Origin: Candidatus Aminicenantes bacterium | GTDB lineage: Bacteria > Acidobacteriota > Aminicenantia > Aminicenantales > JAFGBC01 | NCBI GenBank assembly: GCA_963702005.1 | Contig: OY969696.1 | Span: 3,968,001 to 4,032,000 of the forward strand | DNA length: 64,000 nucleotides | Direction: 5' to 3' | Part shown: positions 46,221 through 56,575 of the stretch, piece by piece | Layout of the letters: every line of letters starts with the position of its first letter | Numbering within the stretch: position 1 is the stretch's first letter | Made by a program: the position numbers and the translations under genes | The notes under the pieces: model-generated | Databases searched by the model: none | Seen by the model: the letters and a program-made list of their open reading frames with translations, nothing else | Told to the model about the DNA's origin: nothing

Positions 46221-49052
46221 ATGAAAAAAACAACCCCTCTTGCCTGGCTTTTCTTGGCTTTCCTCTCCACCGCGTTGATCGTCTCCGCGGCCGCTCAGGT
46301 CAAGAATCCTTACTCCCCGGACACTCCCGAACCGGGGTCGGTCGAGGCGATCGCAAAATTCACAACCGAGGCACGCTTCGGCAACCCCTGGGTCGCCTAC
46401 GTGCCGGCGTCGGACACGGTGCCCTCACCAACGAAGTATCTCGGCCATGTCGTCGGGGCCGAAGGGGAGCTCTCGAGCACGGCCAAGATTTACGGCTACT
46501 TCCGCAAGCTCGCCGAAATCTCGCCGCGTGTCAGCGTTCAGGTCATCGGCCGGAGCGAAGAGGGAAGGGACATCCTCCTCTCGGCCATCGCGGACGAGGA
46601 AGGGATTCGCGATCTCGCGAGGTTCAAAGCGGCCACCGCCGCCCTGGCCGATCCTCGGAAAACCTCGCCTGAAGCCGCCGAGACTCTCATCGCGTCTGCC
46701 CGCCCGATCTATTACTTCAACGCCGGACTCCATTCGACCGAGACCGGCAGCCCGGAAATGGTCATGGAGCTAGCCTATCGCCTCGCCGTGTCCGAACAGC
46801 CGATGATCAAGAAGATCCGGAGCGAGGTCATCGTCCTCATCAACCCCGTCTCCGAACCCGATGGCCGCGATAAGGCCGTGGACTGGTTCTATCGTTACCT
46901 CAGGGGAAAGACGGATTTCGACCGCCTGCCGCCTGTCTCGCCCCCTTACTGGGGCCACTACGTCTTCCACGACAACAACCGCGACACGCACCAGCAGGCC
47001 CTCGAGCTGACGCGCGCCGTGACCCGGATGTTCTTCGAATTCCATCCGACCGTCATCCACGACCTCCACGAGTCCATCCCCCTCCTCCAGACCTGGAACG
47101 GCACGGGCCCGTACAACAACAACCTCGATCCGATCCTCATCAACGAGTTCTTCGAAATGGCCTTCGCCGAGATCGGCGCCCTGACCTCCATGGGCATGCC
47201 GGGCGTCTGGACGTGGGGATTCGGCGAGGGCTGGACTCACCATTACCTCGACTCGTTCGCCGTCAACCACAACAGCATGGGCCGCGGCTACGAGACGTTC
47301 GGGAATGCGACGGCCGAGACGATGGAGCGCGTCCTACGTCCGAACGAGGAGCGCTACGTCGGGCGGGCGGTCACGAGCCGGGAATGGTACCGGGCCCTGC
47401 CGCCGCCACGGAAGTTCCGCTGGTCGCTCCGCGACAACACGAATTACATGGAAAGCGGCTGCCTGGCCATTCTCGCTTACGCGTCCAAGAACGCGAAAGA
47501 GATGCTGCGCGATTTTTATCGCAAGGGCTACAACTCCTGGCAGAAAGGTGTCAAGGGAGGCCCCTTCGCGTTCGCCATTCCGGCGGACCAGGGGGACCGC
47601 AGGCGCGTGGCCCAGATGGTCAACCTCCTTCAGACGCAGGGGATCGAGGTCTCCCGGGCGTCCACGGGCTTCAAGGTCGAGGAGGGGGAGTTCGCCGCCG
47701 GGACCTATGTCGTGCGGCTCGACCAGCTCTACCGGAACTACGCCGTGGACCTGCTCCTTCCCCAGGAATTCCCGGCCGACACTCCTTACGAGCCCTATGA
47801 CGACGTTTCCTGGGCCCTGCCCGTCCACTACGGCCTCGAAGCCAAGCGGATCGATGACGCGAAAGTCAGGGACGTGCCGGTCACGCCGGTCCAGGCGGGG
47901 TTCGAACCCCAGGGCAAGGTCGGCGGAGCGGGACCCGTCTTCCTCATGAAAGACACGGGCCAGGAGGCGCTTCTGGCGCTCCGGAATCGCCTGGCGGCTT
48001 TTAAGGTCGAGATCGCCGAGAAGCCGTTCAAGTCGGGAGGCGTGGATTATCCGGCCGGGTCCTGGATCGTGATGGACGCAAAGGGACTGATGGATGCGCT
48101 GAACAGCGCCTCCGCCGAGCTGGCCGTGGATTTCGAGAGCGCGGCCGCCGTCCCCGAGGTTCCGCGACACGAGTCCAAGCTGCCGCGCCTCGCCGTCTGG
48201 CACACCTGGGCCGACACCGAGTCGGTCGGTTGGGTCCGCTACGTCCTCGACCGGGAGAAGATCCCGTATTCTTACATCCGCGACGACGATATCCGCGCGG
48301 GACGCCTCCGCGAGCGATTCGATATCATCCTCTTCGGCCACAACTATCTCGATCTCAAGGATCAGATCCACGGGATCGACAAGAAGTACGGGCCGATGCC
48401 CTACACGAAGACAAAGGAATTCCCGAGCCACGGGACTCCCGACGCGACCGACGACATCACGGGCGGGATCGGCTGGGCCGGCATGGCGAACCTCGAAAAG
48501 TATCTCGACGCCGGCGGGCAGCTCATCACGCTCGGCAACGGCTCGGCGCTGGCCCTCGACGGGGGGCTCGTCAGCGACGTCTACCGGAAATCGGGCGCTT
48601 TTTTCACGCCGGGCTCGGAGCTCAAGGTGAAGTTCGTGAGGCCCGACCATCCCCTGGCTTACGGCTACCCGGAGGTCACGTCGGCCTTCCGCAGGGGGAT
48701 GCCCGTCTATGATATCGCCGTCGCCGGCCGGCGCGGTGTCGTTCTCCAATGGGGCACAAAGCCCAGAACGGAGGACCGAGAGGAGGCGGAACCTGAAGCC
48801 GGCAAGCCGAAAGACGCCAAGGAGCAGGCAAGGAAGGATGAGGTCAAGATGCTCGTCAGCGGCGCCGTCAAGGGGGAAGACGACCTCGAGGGACGGCCGG
48901 CGATCCTCGACCTCCCGGCCGGCCGGGGCCGCGTCCTCGCTTACAACTTCAATCCGATCCACAGGGACCTGAACCGCTCGGACTACCGGTTCCTCTGGAA
49001 CGCGCTCCTCAACTGGAACGCCCTGCCGCCGGCTGAGAAAGCGGCTCGTTGA
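46221..49052 (+). CDS. M14 zinc carboxypeptidase family protein, secreted
   Basis: GLHSTE, HDNNRD, HDLHE; signal peptide from the ATG at 46221. Confidence 0.9.
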   Translation: MKKTTPLAWLFLAFLSTALIVSAAAQVKNPYSPDTPEPGSVEAIAKFTTEARFGNPWVAYVPASDTVPSPTKYLGHVVGAEGELSSTAKIYGYFRKLAEISPRVSVQVIGRSEEGRDILLSAIADEEGIRDLARFKAATAALADPRKTSPEAAETLIASARPIYYFNAGLHSTETGSPEMVMELAYRLAVSEQPMIKKIRSEVIVLINPVSEPDGRDKAVDWFYRYLRGKTDFDRLPPVSPPYWGHYVFHDNNRDTHQQALELTRAVTRMFFEFHPTVIHDLHESIPLLQTWNGTGPYNNNLDPILINEFFEMAFAEIGALTSMGMPGVWTWGFGEGWTHHYLDSFAVNHNSMGRGYETFGNATAETMERVLRPNEERYVGRAVTSREWYRALPPPRKFRWSLRDNTNYMESGCLAILAYASKNAKEMLRDFYRKGYNSWQKGVKGGPFAFAIPADQGDRRRVAQMVNLLQTQGIEVSRASTGFKVEEGEFAAGTYVVRLDQLYRNYAVDLLLPQEFPADTPYEPYDDVSWALPVHYGLEAKRIDDAKVRDVPVTPVQAGFEPQGKVGGAGPVFLMKDTGQEALLALRNRLAAFKVEIAEKPFKSGGVDYPAGSWIVMDAKGLMDALNSASAELAVDFESAAAVPEVPRHESKLPRLAVWHTWADTESVGWVRYVLDREKIPYSYIRDDDIRAGRLRERFDIILFGHNYLDLKDQIHGIDKKYGPMPYTKTKEFPSHGTPDATDDITGGIGWAGMANLEKYLDAGGQLITLGNGSALALDGGLVSDVYRKSGAFFTPGSELKVKFVRPDHPLAYGYPEVTSAFRRGMPVYDIAVAGRRGVVLQWGTKPRTEDREEAEPEAGKPKDAKEQARKDEVKMLVSGAVKGEDDLEGRPAILDLPAGRGRVLAYNFNPIHRDLNRSDYRFLWNALLNWNALPPAEKAAR

Positions 49053-49174
49053 AACCGGCCCGGGGTGTCGATATCACGGCCGGAAGCTTTTCTGCCGGGG
49101 GGAAGACTGCGGTTGAAGTGAAACGATCCCTCAGCTGCCATACTATTTTGGCACCTGTTTTAATCCTTGTTCTC

Positions 49175-50368
49175 CTAGGCGGATTCGAACGCTCGGGTGA
49201 GGTCGGCGATTAACTCTTGAGTATCTTCGATGCCCACCGAGTAGCGGATCAGCCCTTCGGGGATGCCCATCGCCTCGCGTTCCTCTACGGTGCATTCGAC
49301 GTGGCTCGTCGTCGCAGGGGGCCCGGCGATGGTCTCGACCGCGCCCAGGTTGGCGGCCCGGTGCGCCAGGCGGAGCTTGGGCAAGACACGTTTGACGGCT
49401 GCGGAGCCGCCCTTAAGCATGAAGCTCAGCACGCCCCCATAACCGCGCATCTGACGCCGGGCGATATCGTGATGAATGTGCGTTTCCAACCCCGGATAAA
49501 ACACGGCGGCGACGGCCGGATGGGTTTGCAGCCAGCGGGCGATGCGTAGGGCACTTTCGTTCTGCTGCTTGATCCTCAGGTGTAGCGTCTTCATCCCCCG
49601 GATTAGTAAGAAAGCCGCCATCGGGTCGAGGGTTGCCCCCGTGATCTCACGATAGTGATAGATGCGCTGAATCCATACGGGATCGCCGCAGACAACGCCA
49701 CCCAGCGCGTCTCCGTGACCGCCCAGGAACTTCGTTGCGCTGTGGATCACCAGGTCTGCGTCGAGGGCCAGCGGGTTCTGGTTGATGGGGGTGGCAAAGG
49801 TATTATCGGCCACCACGGTGGCCCCGACGCGGTGCCCGGCGGCGGCCAGCCGGGCGATGTCCATCACCTTGAGCGTAGGATTGGTGGGGGATTCCAGGTA
49901 GACGGCCTTGCAGCCAGGGGCGATGGCGGCTTCGATCTGTTCATGATCCGTCGTGTCGCAGAGGTCCACCCGGACGTTGAGGCGGGGCAAGAATTCTAGG
50001 AACAGCTTATTCGTGCCCCCATAGGTGTCCTTGATCGAGACGATTCGGTCGCCGGGCGAAAGCAGGGTGAACAGCGTGTTGCTGATGGCCGCCATGCCCG
50101 TGGCAAAGCTTGTCGCCGCCCGGGCGCCCTCGAGAAGGCGGACCTTGGTTTCAAATGCTTGTACGGTAGGATTGGTGTTGCGGGAATAGATGTGACCGGG
50201 CCTTCGGCCGAGGGCCACATCCAACCATGTGTCTACGTCGGGATAACCATAGGCGGCACTGTATACCACCGGCACCTGGGTCGCCCCCTGCACCAGGGAT
50301 TCCTCCTCGCCTCCCCACACGGACAGGGTGGCGGCCGAAATCTTGTTCACCGATGCGCGATCAGGCAT
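49175..50368 (-). CDS. Cystathionine gamma-synthase/lyase family PLP enzyme
   Basis: YSRNTNPT, ESPTNP, DNTFATP, HSATKFLGGH, RYSVGIED. Confidence 0.93.
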   Translation of the reverse strand: MPDRASVNKISAATLSVWGGEEESLVQGATQVPVVYSAAYGYPDVDTWLDVALGRRPGHIYSRNTNPTVQAFETKVRLLEGARAATSFATGMAAISNTLFTLLSPGDRIVSIKDTYGGTNKLFLEFLPRLNVRVDLCDTTDHEQIEAAIAPGCKAVYLESPTNPTLKVMDIARLAAAGHRVGATVVADNTFATPINQNPLALDADLVIHSATKFLGGHGDALGGVVCGDPVWIQRIYHYREITGATLDPMAAFLLIRGMKTLHLRIKQQNESALRIARWLQTHPAVAAVFYPGLETHIHHDIARRQMRGYGGVLSFMLKGGSAAVKRVLPKLRLAHRAANLGAVETIAGPPATTSHVECTVEEREAMGIPEGLIRYSVGIEDTQELIADLTRAFESA

Positions 50369-50459
50369 TTTTCTTTCTCCTCTTGAACCGAGCCGCATGA
50401 CGTATCGGATACCAATCATCCGCGAGAAATCCCGGCGATGTCAATGGAAATATCGGTTC

Positions 50460-50523
50460 AAAAAAATCCCCCTTATTCCCTTGAGGAGGGGGAAGAGAGA
50501 GGATGGTTTAAGGGGGATTGAAT
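50460..50523 (-). ncRNA. Candidate sigma54-dependent small RNA or attenuator
   Basis: 11-bp stem AAUCCCCCUUA/UAAGGGGGAUU around a 33-nt CU-rich loop with CCCCCUCCU, ending in a U7 run; starts right after a -24/-12 promoter. Confidence 0.5.
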
Positions 50524-50533
50524 AAAAAAAAAT

Positions 50534-50549
50534 TGCAACTTTCATGCCA
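50534..50549 (-). promoter_or_regulatory. sigma54 -24/-12 promoter
   Basis: TGGCATG-AAAG-TTGCA. Confidence 0.8.
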
Positions 50550-50620
50550 ATAGGGAGCCGGATTTTATTCCCTTTAGAAGACCGAGACAGGAGTGACCGA
50601 TGTTAAAAACTTCAGGGAGG

Positions 50621-50636
50621 GTAAAAAATGTTTACA
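50621..50636. promoter_or_regulatory. Putative enhancer (UAS) palindrome
   Basis: GTAAA-N5-TTTACA, 72 nt from the sigma54 site. Confidence 0.6.
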
Positions 50637-50690
50637 TCGGGGGGAGCGGCAAGAAGGGAAGGCCCCCCATTGCCGGCTGTCCGCCGCCGC

Positions 50691-51848
50691 TCAGACCGTA
50701 AGAAGTTCGTGGGAGCGAATGAGCCGCTCCCGGACCTTAAGGCCGAACGGGCAGGCTTTCTCGCAGGCGCCCCGGCAGGACCTGCAGTCGAGGGGCTTGC
50801 GGCCGGTCTCGAGCTCGGCGTAGTATCGGATGGCTTCCTTCTCCATCCCGTAGTCCTCGAAATACATGGCGTAGCGGAGGACCTCGTTGACGGCCACCCC
50901 GCGCGGGCAGGACGACAGGCAATCGGCGCAGCTGACCCGGCAGTAGCGGGAACCGGCCTCGCGCTGATAGCGGGCGATCGTCTGGAGGGCGGCCCGGTCG
51001 AGAGGCTGGTCGGAGGCGGCCAGATATTCCTCGACGTGGGCATAGCTGCTCATGGTCGGGATGCAGGTGTCGATGAGGGAGTTGCTCAGGACCCAGCGGA
51101 TGGCGGCTTGCGGGTAGCTGGTCTCCGCGTTGATCAGACCTTTGAGCCGCCCCTGCTGGTTCCCGGCGAAGACCTTCATGGCGACCGTCCCGATCCCCGC
51201 CTCGCGGACTTTCTGGACGAGGGGCTCGAGGGCCGGCCCTTCCATGTGGTTGTAGATGAACAGGACGACCTGGACGAAGGGCTCGGACAAAGCCTGGGCC
51301 AGAGTGAGCTTGGCGTTGTGGGTCGAGAATCCCGTGAAGCGGACCTTGCCGGCCTTCTTGAGCTCGGCGTAAGCGGCCTGGACCTCCTCGTTCTTGAGGA
51401 CGCCGAGGTCGCCGACGTTATGAATGAGGGCGACGTCGACATGATCGGTCTGGAGGCGCTGCAGGCTGGCTTCCATCCGGCGGATGATGGCGGCTCGATC
51501 CAAGTCCTTGGGAATTTGGAGGACGTGCTTGGTCGCGATGACGGCTTTGTCCCGGACCCCTTGGAGGGCTTGGCCCATAAAAGTCTCGCTCTGGGTCCTC
51601 AGGTAGCCTTCGGCCGTGTCGAAGTAGGTCACGCCGCAGTCGAAGGCGTAGCGGAGGACGTTGGGGTTGAAGAGGGAGATGGCGCCGCAGCTGACATCCG
51701 AGACCTTGAGTCCGGTCCTGCCCAACGAGTTGTATTTCCGGACCCGGGGCGGCTCCGCGTTTTGACCTAAGGCCGGGGCCCGGCCGGCCATGCCAAATCC
51801 CAATAAGCCGGAAGAGAACATGCCCAAGAAATTGCGACGGCTCGTCAT
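50691..51848 (-). CDS. Tat-exported aldo/keto reductase with C-terminal 4Fe-4S dicluster
   Basis: SRRNFL, LGRTGLKVS, FDTAEGY, CxxxCxxCxxxCP...CxxCxxxCxxxCP. Confidence 0.9.
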   Translation of the reverse strand: MTSRRNFLGMFSSGLLGFGMAGRAPALGQNAEPPRVRKYNSLGRTGLKVSDVSCGAISLFNPNVLRYAFDCGVTYFDTAEGYLRTQSETFMGQALQGVRDKAVIATKHVLQIPKDLDRAAIIRRMEASLQRLQTDHVDVALIHNVGDLGVLKNEEVQAAYAELKKAGKVRFTGFSTHNAKLTLAQALSEPFVQVVLFIYNHMEGPALEPLVQKVREAGIGTVAMKVFAGNQQGRLKGLINAETSYPQAAIRWVLSNSLIDTCIPTMSSYAHVEEYLAASDQPLDRAALQTIARYQREAGSRYCRVSCADCLSSCPRGVAVNEVLRYAMYFEDYGMEKEAIRYYAELETGRKPLDCRSCRGACEKACPFGLKVRERLIRSHELLTV

Positions 51849-51873
51849 CGACTATTTTCCTTTCACTGCTTAT

Positions 51874-52983
51874 TCACCGCTCGCGAAGACGGACGGCCAC
51901 GGGGCCGAGACCCTTGATTTTCTCCTTGATCGCAGCCGTCTCCTCGGGCGAGGGCATAAAGAACTCTATCCAAAGGACGTTCCCGCGCTGGGGATCGAAG
52001 GTCATGATCCGGGCGCCGGGCTGCCAGGCGTTGGCGCTGTCCGCTTCGCTGGCACGGGCGAAGAAGACCGCCTCCCGCTCCAGGTCCCCGATCCTCAAGG
52101 TCAGGCCCGCTCCCGAGGTCAATCCCGCCTTTTCGGCCTGCCCGGGGGTCCAGTTGGTGACGACGACGAAGCTCCCGCCCTGGTCGAGAAGGTTGAGGAT
52201 GTTGCCCTCGAGGACGCCGGCCGCGACCTTGACCTCTCCGGCATTGACCGCCGTCGTCGTGAAAAAGTCCCGGTCGAGGGGGACATCGAAAGAAACGTCG
52301 GATACCTCGGACAGGTTGCCGCGGCCTCCGACCAGAGACCGGAACCAGGATGAAGGCATCTTGACGCCCTGGAAGTCGCGGTAGGGTCCCATATCGAAAA
52401 ATTCTTCATAGCGGCTGCCGTCGGGATTGGTCCCGCGCAAGGCGACCTGGCGAAGAAGGCATCCGGCCGTGTCGAGGTCGAACTCGGCCGTCATGGGCGG
52501 AAGGGCCGCGCTGAGCCGGTAGAAGGACTCGGGCCCGAAGCGCCTGGTCCCTTCGAAGCGGAGGGCGGAGGCGAAGTTGCGGAGCGCGAAACAGCCGCCG
52601 AACAACTTCGCGTAGAGCGCAAAACGGGCTTTCTCGACGTCCGGGGTTTCGACCATCTCGTTGAGCCTGTTCCGGCGGATGAGATCACGGTCGACCAGAA
52701 TGACTTCGATGACGGCGGGCGGCAGGCCTTGGACGACGACCTTCATCGTCCCGGCCGGCGTGACATAGAAGACGTTTCCCCCCGCCGTAAGGGACAGATT
52801 CCGGAGCGAGGCCAGGCGCTCTTCCCCGCCGGCGGCGGCGACGTTCCGTTTCAGGATGTCAGAAACCGATACGACTGCTTGGCCCGGCCGGGCGAGGCCG
52901 AACGGAACCGCGGGGACGGCCAGGATCAGGAGGGTTGCCCAGACAATAGCGGACTTCCTCATCGAAACCTCCATGGCGGTCAT
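51874..52983 (-). CDS. Hypothetical secreted protein
   Basis: Signal peptide; AAGGEERL...YRDFQGVKMP pattern. Confidence 0.65.
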   Translation of the reverse strand: MTAMEVSMRKSAIVWATLLILAVPAVPFGLARPGQAVVSVSDILKRNVAAAGGEERLASLRNLSLTAGGNVFYVTPAGTMKVVVQGLPPAVIEVILVDRDLIRRNRLNEMVETPDVEKARFALYAKLFGGCFALRNFASALRFEGTRRFGPESFYRLSAALPPMTAEFDLDTAGCLLRQVALRGTNPDGSRYEEFFDMGPYRDFQGVKMPSSWFRSLVGGRGNLSEVSDVSFDVPLDRDFFTTTAVNAGEVKVAAGVLEGNILNLLDQGGSFVVVTNWTPGQAEKAGLTSGAGLTLRIGDLEREAVFFARASEADSANAWQPGARIMTFDPQRGNVLWIEFFMPSPEETAAIKEKIKGLGPVAVRLRER

Positions 52984-53212
52984 TGTAGCGGATTCGTCGG
53001 CGGGGAGGAAGCCCTCGGACGAGCCGGCCTTCCCTTCCCGAGCGACCGGGGGCCGTCCTAGATTCCGATCCTGTCCCCAGGGGCCGGATCCTAACCTTTA
53101 AAGGAGTCGAACGAAAAAGGAACGGCTTTGCGCCGGACGGGATGGAGAGGAACGTATTTCATCCTCAGGAATTCCTCACTGAGGCGATCGACATCGGGTG
53201 TCATGGCGTCCT

Positions 53213-53632
53213 TTAAGCGCTCCGGCCGGTCCGGGAATTCGACTCGAGCAGGCCGTCGATGGAGCGGTTGAAGGCCTGGAGGTCCAGCGGCTTGACGAAG
53301 AAATCGCTGATGGCCAAGCTCCGGACCTCCTCGCGGCGGATGAGGTCCGGGAAGGCCGAGATGAGGATGATCTTGCCCCGGTAGCCGGACTTCCGGAACT
53401 CGGCGATCATGTCCAGGCCGTTGGCGACGCCGTTCGCCCCGGGGAGCTTGAAATCGGCGATGATTAAATCCACGTCGGCCGTCCGGAAGCGGGCCAAAGC
53501 CTCCTGGACATCGCGGGCGAGGTAGACGAGATACTTCCGGCTCAGGATCAGGAAGAAAGTCTTCCGGATCGACTCGTCGTCGTCCACGACCACGATCCGC
53601 TTGGCATCCATATCGCTTTTTTTCCTTTCCAC
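53213..53632 (-). CDS. Single-domain response regulator
   Basis: VVDDD, IIADFKLP, ISAF, KPL. Confidence 0.88.
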   Translation of the reverse strand: MERKKSDMDAKRIVVVDDDESIRKTFFLILSRKYLVYLARDVQEALARFRTADVDLIIADFKLPGANGVANGLDMIAEFRKSGYRGKIILISAFPDLIRREEVRSLAISDFFVKPLDLQAFNRSIDGLLESNSRTGRSA

Positions 53633-53643
53633 GCTTCCTGAGA

Positions 53644-53659
53644 AGCCAGAATCGTGCCA
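53644..53659 (-). promoter_or_regulatory. sigma54 -24/-12 promoter (near consensus)
   Basis: TGGCACG-ATTC-TGGCT, upstream of the response regulator. Confidence 0.6.
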
Positions 53660-53753
53660 ACCCTGATGACCGGATTATCGGGGGAATCCGCCGGGGCCCG
53701 GCCGCGAGGAGCGCCGAAGATTATTTACAGGTTTACAGAAGGACGGGGGCACG

Positions 53754-55100
53754 TCAGGCGAGCTGAGAGAGGTCGATCTTGTACTCCTTGATCTTCTTGT
53801 CCAGGGTCGGGCGGCTGATTTGAAGGATCTGGCTGGCCCGGGTTTTGCTGCCCTTGGTCACGGCCAAGATGTGCTGGATGTAGCTCTTTTCGACGTCCTT
53901 GAGCGAGACGAGGTCCTTGGGAAAGACCTTTTTCTCGGCCGGCTCGAGCGGGAGGTTCTCCTTCTGGATGACGTCTCCCTTGGCCAGGATGACGGCCCGG
54001 GTCAGGGCGTTCTCAAGCTCGCGAACATTCCCCTTCCAGGGGAAATCGGCCAGGATCTTCATGACGTCGGAAGGGACCTTGCGGACGTTTTTCTTGAGGT
54101 CCCGATTGATCTTTTCCAGGAGATAGCCGACCAGGTCGGGGATATCCTCCCGCCGTTCGCGCAGGGAGGGGAGGTGGATCTCGACGACCTTGAGCCGGTA
54201 GTAGAGATCCTCGCGAAACCTTCCTTTCTCGATCAGGACGGAGAGGCTCTGGTTCGTGGCGGCGATGATGCGAGCCTCGGTCTTGAGGACCTTCTCGCCG
54301 CCGACCTTCATGAAGTCCCGGGTCTCGATGACCCGGAGGAGCTTGGATTGGAGGTTGGCCGAAACGTCTCCGATCTCGTCCAGGAACAGGGTTCCCTTGC
54401 CGGCGATCTCGAACTTGCCCCGCGTCTCGACGACGGCGTCGGTGAAGGCCCCCTTGACGTGCCCGAACAGCTCCGACTCGAGGAGCGTGTCCGTGATGGC
54501 CGAGCAGTTGATGACGATGAACGGTTCGTCCCGGAACAGGCTGTTGTAGTGGATGGCCTTGGCCACCAGCTCCTTGCCCGTCCCGCTCTCGCCCTGGATG
54601 AGGACGTTGGTCCGCGTATTGGCGACCGAGCCGATGAGCTTGAACACCTCGCGCATCGGCGCCGAGCGGCCGATAAGGTTGTCGATCGTGTACTCCTTCT
54701 GCATCTCCTCGACCAGATAATGGACTTTGTCCTCGAGCGAGCGGACCTGGAAGGCCTTGGCGATGGCCAGGTCGAGCTCCATGAAATCGAGCGGCTTGAC
54801 GAGGTACTCGAAGGCGCCGGCCTTGATGGCCTCGACGGTCGTCTTCATGTCGTCGAAGGCGGTCATGACCAAGACCAGGACCTTCTTGGTCCTGTCCTTG
54901 AGCTTGCGGAGGACCTCGAGCCCGTTCATGTCCGGGAGCCGGATATCGAGGATGACCAGGTCGGGCTGGATCTCGACCTGGCGGGCGAGGCCGTCCTCGC
55001 CGGCCGCGGCCAGATGAACCTCATAGCCCTGCTTGGCCAGGTGGGAGGTCAAGGTCCTCCCGACCAGGTTGTCGTCTTCGATGATCAGGATCGTTTTCAT
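53754..55100 (-). CDS. NtrC/AtoC-family sigma54-dependent response regulator
   Basis: REC domain; GESGTGKE, ESELFGH, GAFTDA, FREDLYYRL, WKGNVREL; Fis HTH. Confidence 0.95.
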   Translation of the reverse strand: MKTILIIEDDNLVGRTLTSHLAKQGYEVHLAAAGEDGLARQVEIQPDLVILDIRLPDMNGLEVLRKLKDRTKKVLVLVMTAFDDMKTTVEAIKAGAFEYLVKPLDFMELDLAIAKAFQVRSLEDKVHYLVEEMQKEYTIDNLIGRSAPMREVFKLIGSVANTRTNVLIQGESGTGKELVAKAIHYNSLFRDEPFIVINCSAITDTLLESELFGHVKGAFTDAVVETRGKFEIAGKGTLFLDEIGDVSANLQSKLLRVIETRDFMKVGGEKVLKTEARIIAATNQSLSVLIEKGRFREDLYYRLKVVEIHLPSLRERREDIPDLVGYLLEKINRDLKKNVRKVPSDVMKILADFPWKGNVRELENALTRAVILAKGDVIQKENLPLEPAEKKVFPKDLVSLKDVEKSYIQHILAVTKGSKTRASQILQISRPTLDKKIKEYKIDLSQLA

Positions 55101-56575
55101 GCGTCCTCCTCGCCGGGCAGGGAGATCAGGAAGCAGCTCCCCCGCCCCCGCTTCTTGACGACCTTGATGACGCCGCCGTGCTGCTCGACGATCTTCCGGG
55201 CGTTGGCCAGGCCCAGCCCGAATCCGGCGGCTTTGGTCGTGAAGAACGGCTCGAAGATATTCTCCCAATCCTTGTCGGGGATGCCGCAGCCGTCGTCCCC
55301 GATCCGGGCCTGGATTCGCGTGCGCCCCTCCTCCCGGGTCCGCGACAGAATGATCCGGATTTCGCCCCCAGCCTCGACGGCCTCCAAGGCGTTGCGGAGG
55401 ACGTTCAGGAATACCTGCCGCATCTTGTCGCCGTCGACGGAGACGGCCGGCAGGTCCCCGGCCACGGACTTCTTGAGGACGATCCGCTTCTCCTCGAAGG
55501 ATTCGCGGAGGAGCTTGAGGGCCTCGTCCAGGACCGTCTCGAACGAGAAGCGCTCCTTCATCAGCTCCGAGGCCCGGGTGAAGCTCAGCAGCTCCTTGAT
55601 GAACTTCTCGATCTGACCGATCCCCTCCTGGGACAGGGCGATGTGCTCCCTTTCGACGGGGTCGAGCCGCTCGCTCTCCTGGATCTTCTGGATATTGAGC
55701 TTGACCGACGTCAGCGGGTTTCGGATTTCATGGGCGATCGTCGCGGCCAGCCGTCCGATCGAGGCCAGCTTCTCGGCCTGGACGAGCCGGCGGTTGGCGG
55801 CTTCCATCCGCTCCCGGGCTTGGAGGAGCTGGGCCGTCATCTCGTTGAAGCTCCGGGCCAGGTCGCCGAGCTCGTCCCGAGAGGCGAGGTTGATGCGGTG
55901 GGAAAAATCGCCCTTGGAGATCTGGACGGTGCCGGCCACGAGCTTCTTGAGGGGCCGGGTCACCCGGCGGGCGAGCAGGTTCGAAGCGATCAGGCCGACC
56001 AGGAACCCGCCCAGCCCGATCAACAGCAGGACGCGGCGGGTCCGGCGAACCTCGCGGGCCATGTCCTCCAGGGAATGGCCGATCTTGATCGAGCCCCATT
56101 TGGTCGGCACGCCCGAGGCGAAGATGGGAAGCTCGACCTCGAGGACGTTCTGGAGCTTGCCCCCGGTCAGGAGCGTCCGGGTCTGGAGCTCGTATTCCCC
56201 CTCAGCGACATCGGCCCGTAGGCCGGAGCGGGCGTAGATTTCGGGATAGGCCTGGATGGAAGCGTTGGCCGCCAGCGGTTTCCCGTATCGGTCGTAGATG
56301 ATGACATAGAGAAGGCGTTTTTCGATCTGTTCGTCGATCGTCTCCTGCATGGAGGCCGTGTCCCATTCCATAAGGGACCGCAGGTTGCGCGAGGCCAGGT
56401 ATTCGGCAATGATCAGGGTCCGGTTCTTGGTCTGCTCGAAGATCGTCCCGACCTCGCGCTTCTCGATGACGAACAGGACGGACCCGACCAAGACGGTCAG
56501 CAGGGCCGTGATCCAGGCCGCGAACCGCGTGTGGAGGGAAATCTTCCACTTCACGTTCGTTCGTTCACCTTTCAA
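55097..56575 (-). CDS. HAMP sensor histidine kinase
   Basis: Two TMs, HAMP, HEIRNPL, NALEA, DDGCG, FFTTK, GLGL. Confidence 0.95.
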   Translation of the reverse strand: MKGERTNVKWKISLHTRFAAWITALLTVLVGSVLFVIEKREVGTIFEQTKNRTLIIAEYLASRNLRSLMEWDTASMQETIDEQIEKRLLYVIIYDRYGKPLAANASIQAYPEIYARSGLRADVAEGEYELQTRTLLTGGKLQNVLEVELPIFASGVPTKWGSIKIGHSLEDMAREVRRTRRVLLLIGLGGFLVGLIASNLLARRVTRPLKKLVAGTVQISKGDFSHRINLASRDELGDLARSFNEMTAQLLQARERMEAANRRLVQAEKLASIGRLAATIAHEIRNPLTSVKLNIQKIQESERLDPVEREHIALSQEGIGQIEKFIKELLSFTRASELMKERFSFETVLDEALKLLRESFEEKRIVLKKSVAGDLPAVSVDGDKMRQVFLNVLRNALEAVEAGGEIRIILSRTREEGRTRIQARIGDDGCGIPDKDWENIFEPFFTTKAAGFGLGLANARKIVEQHGGVIKVVKKRGRGSCFLISLPGEEDA

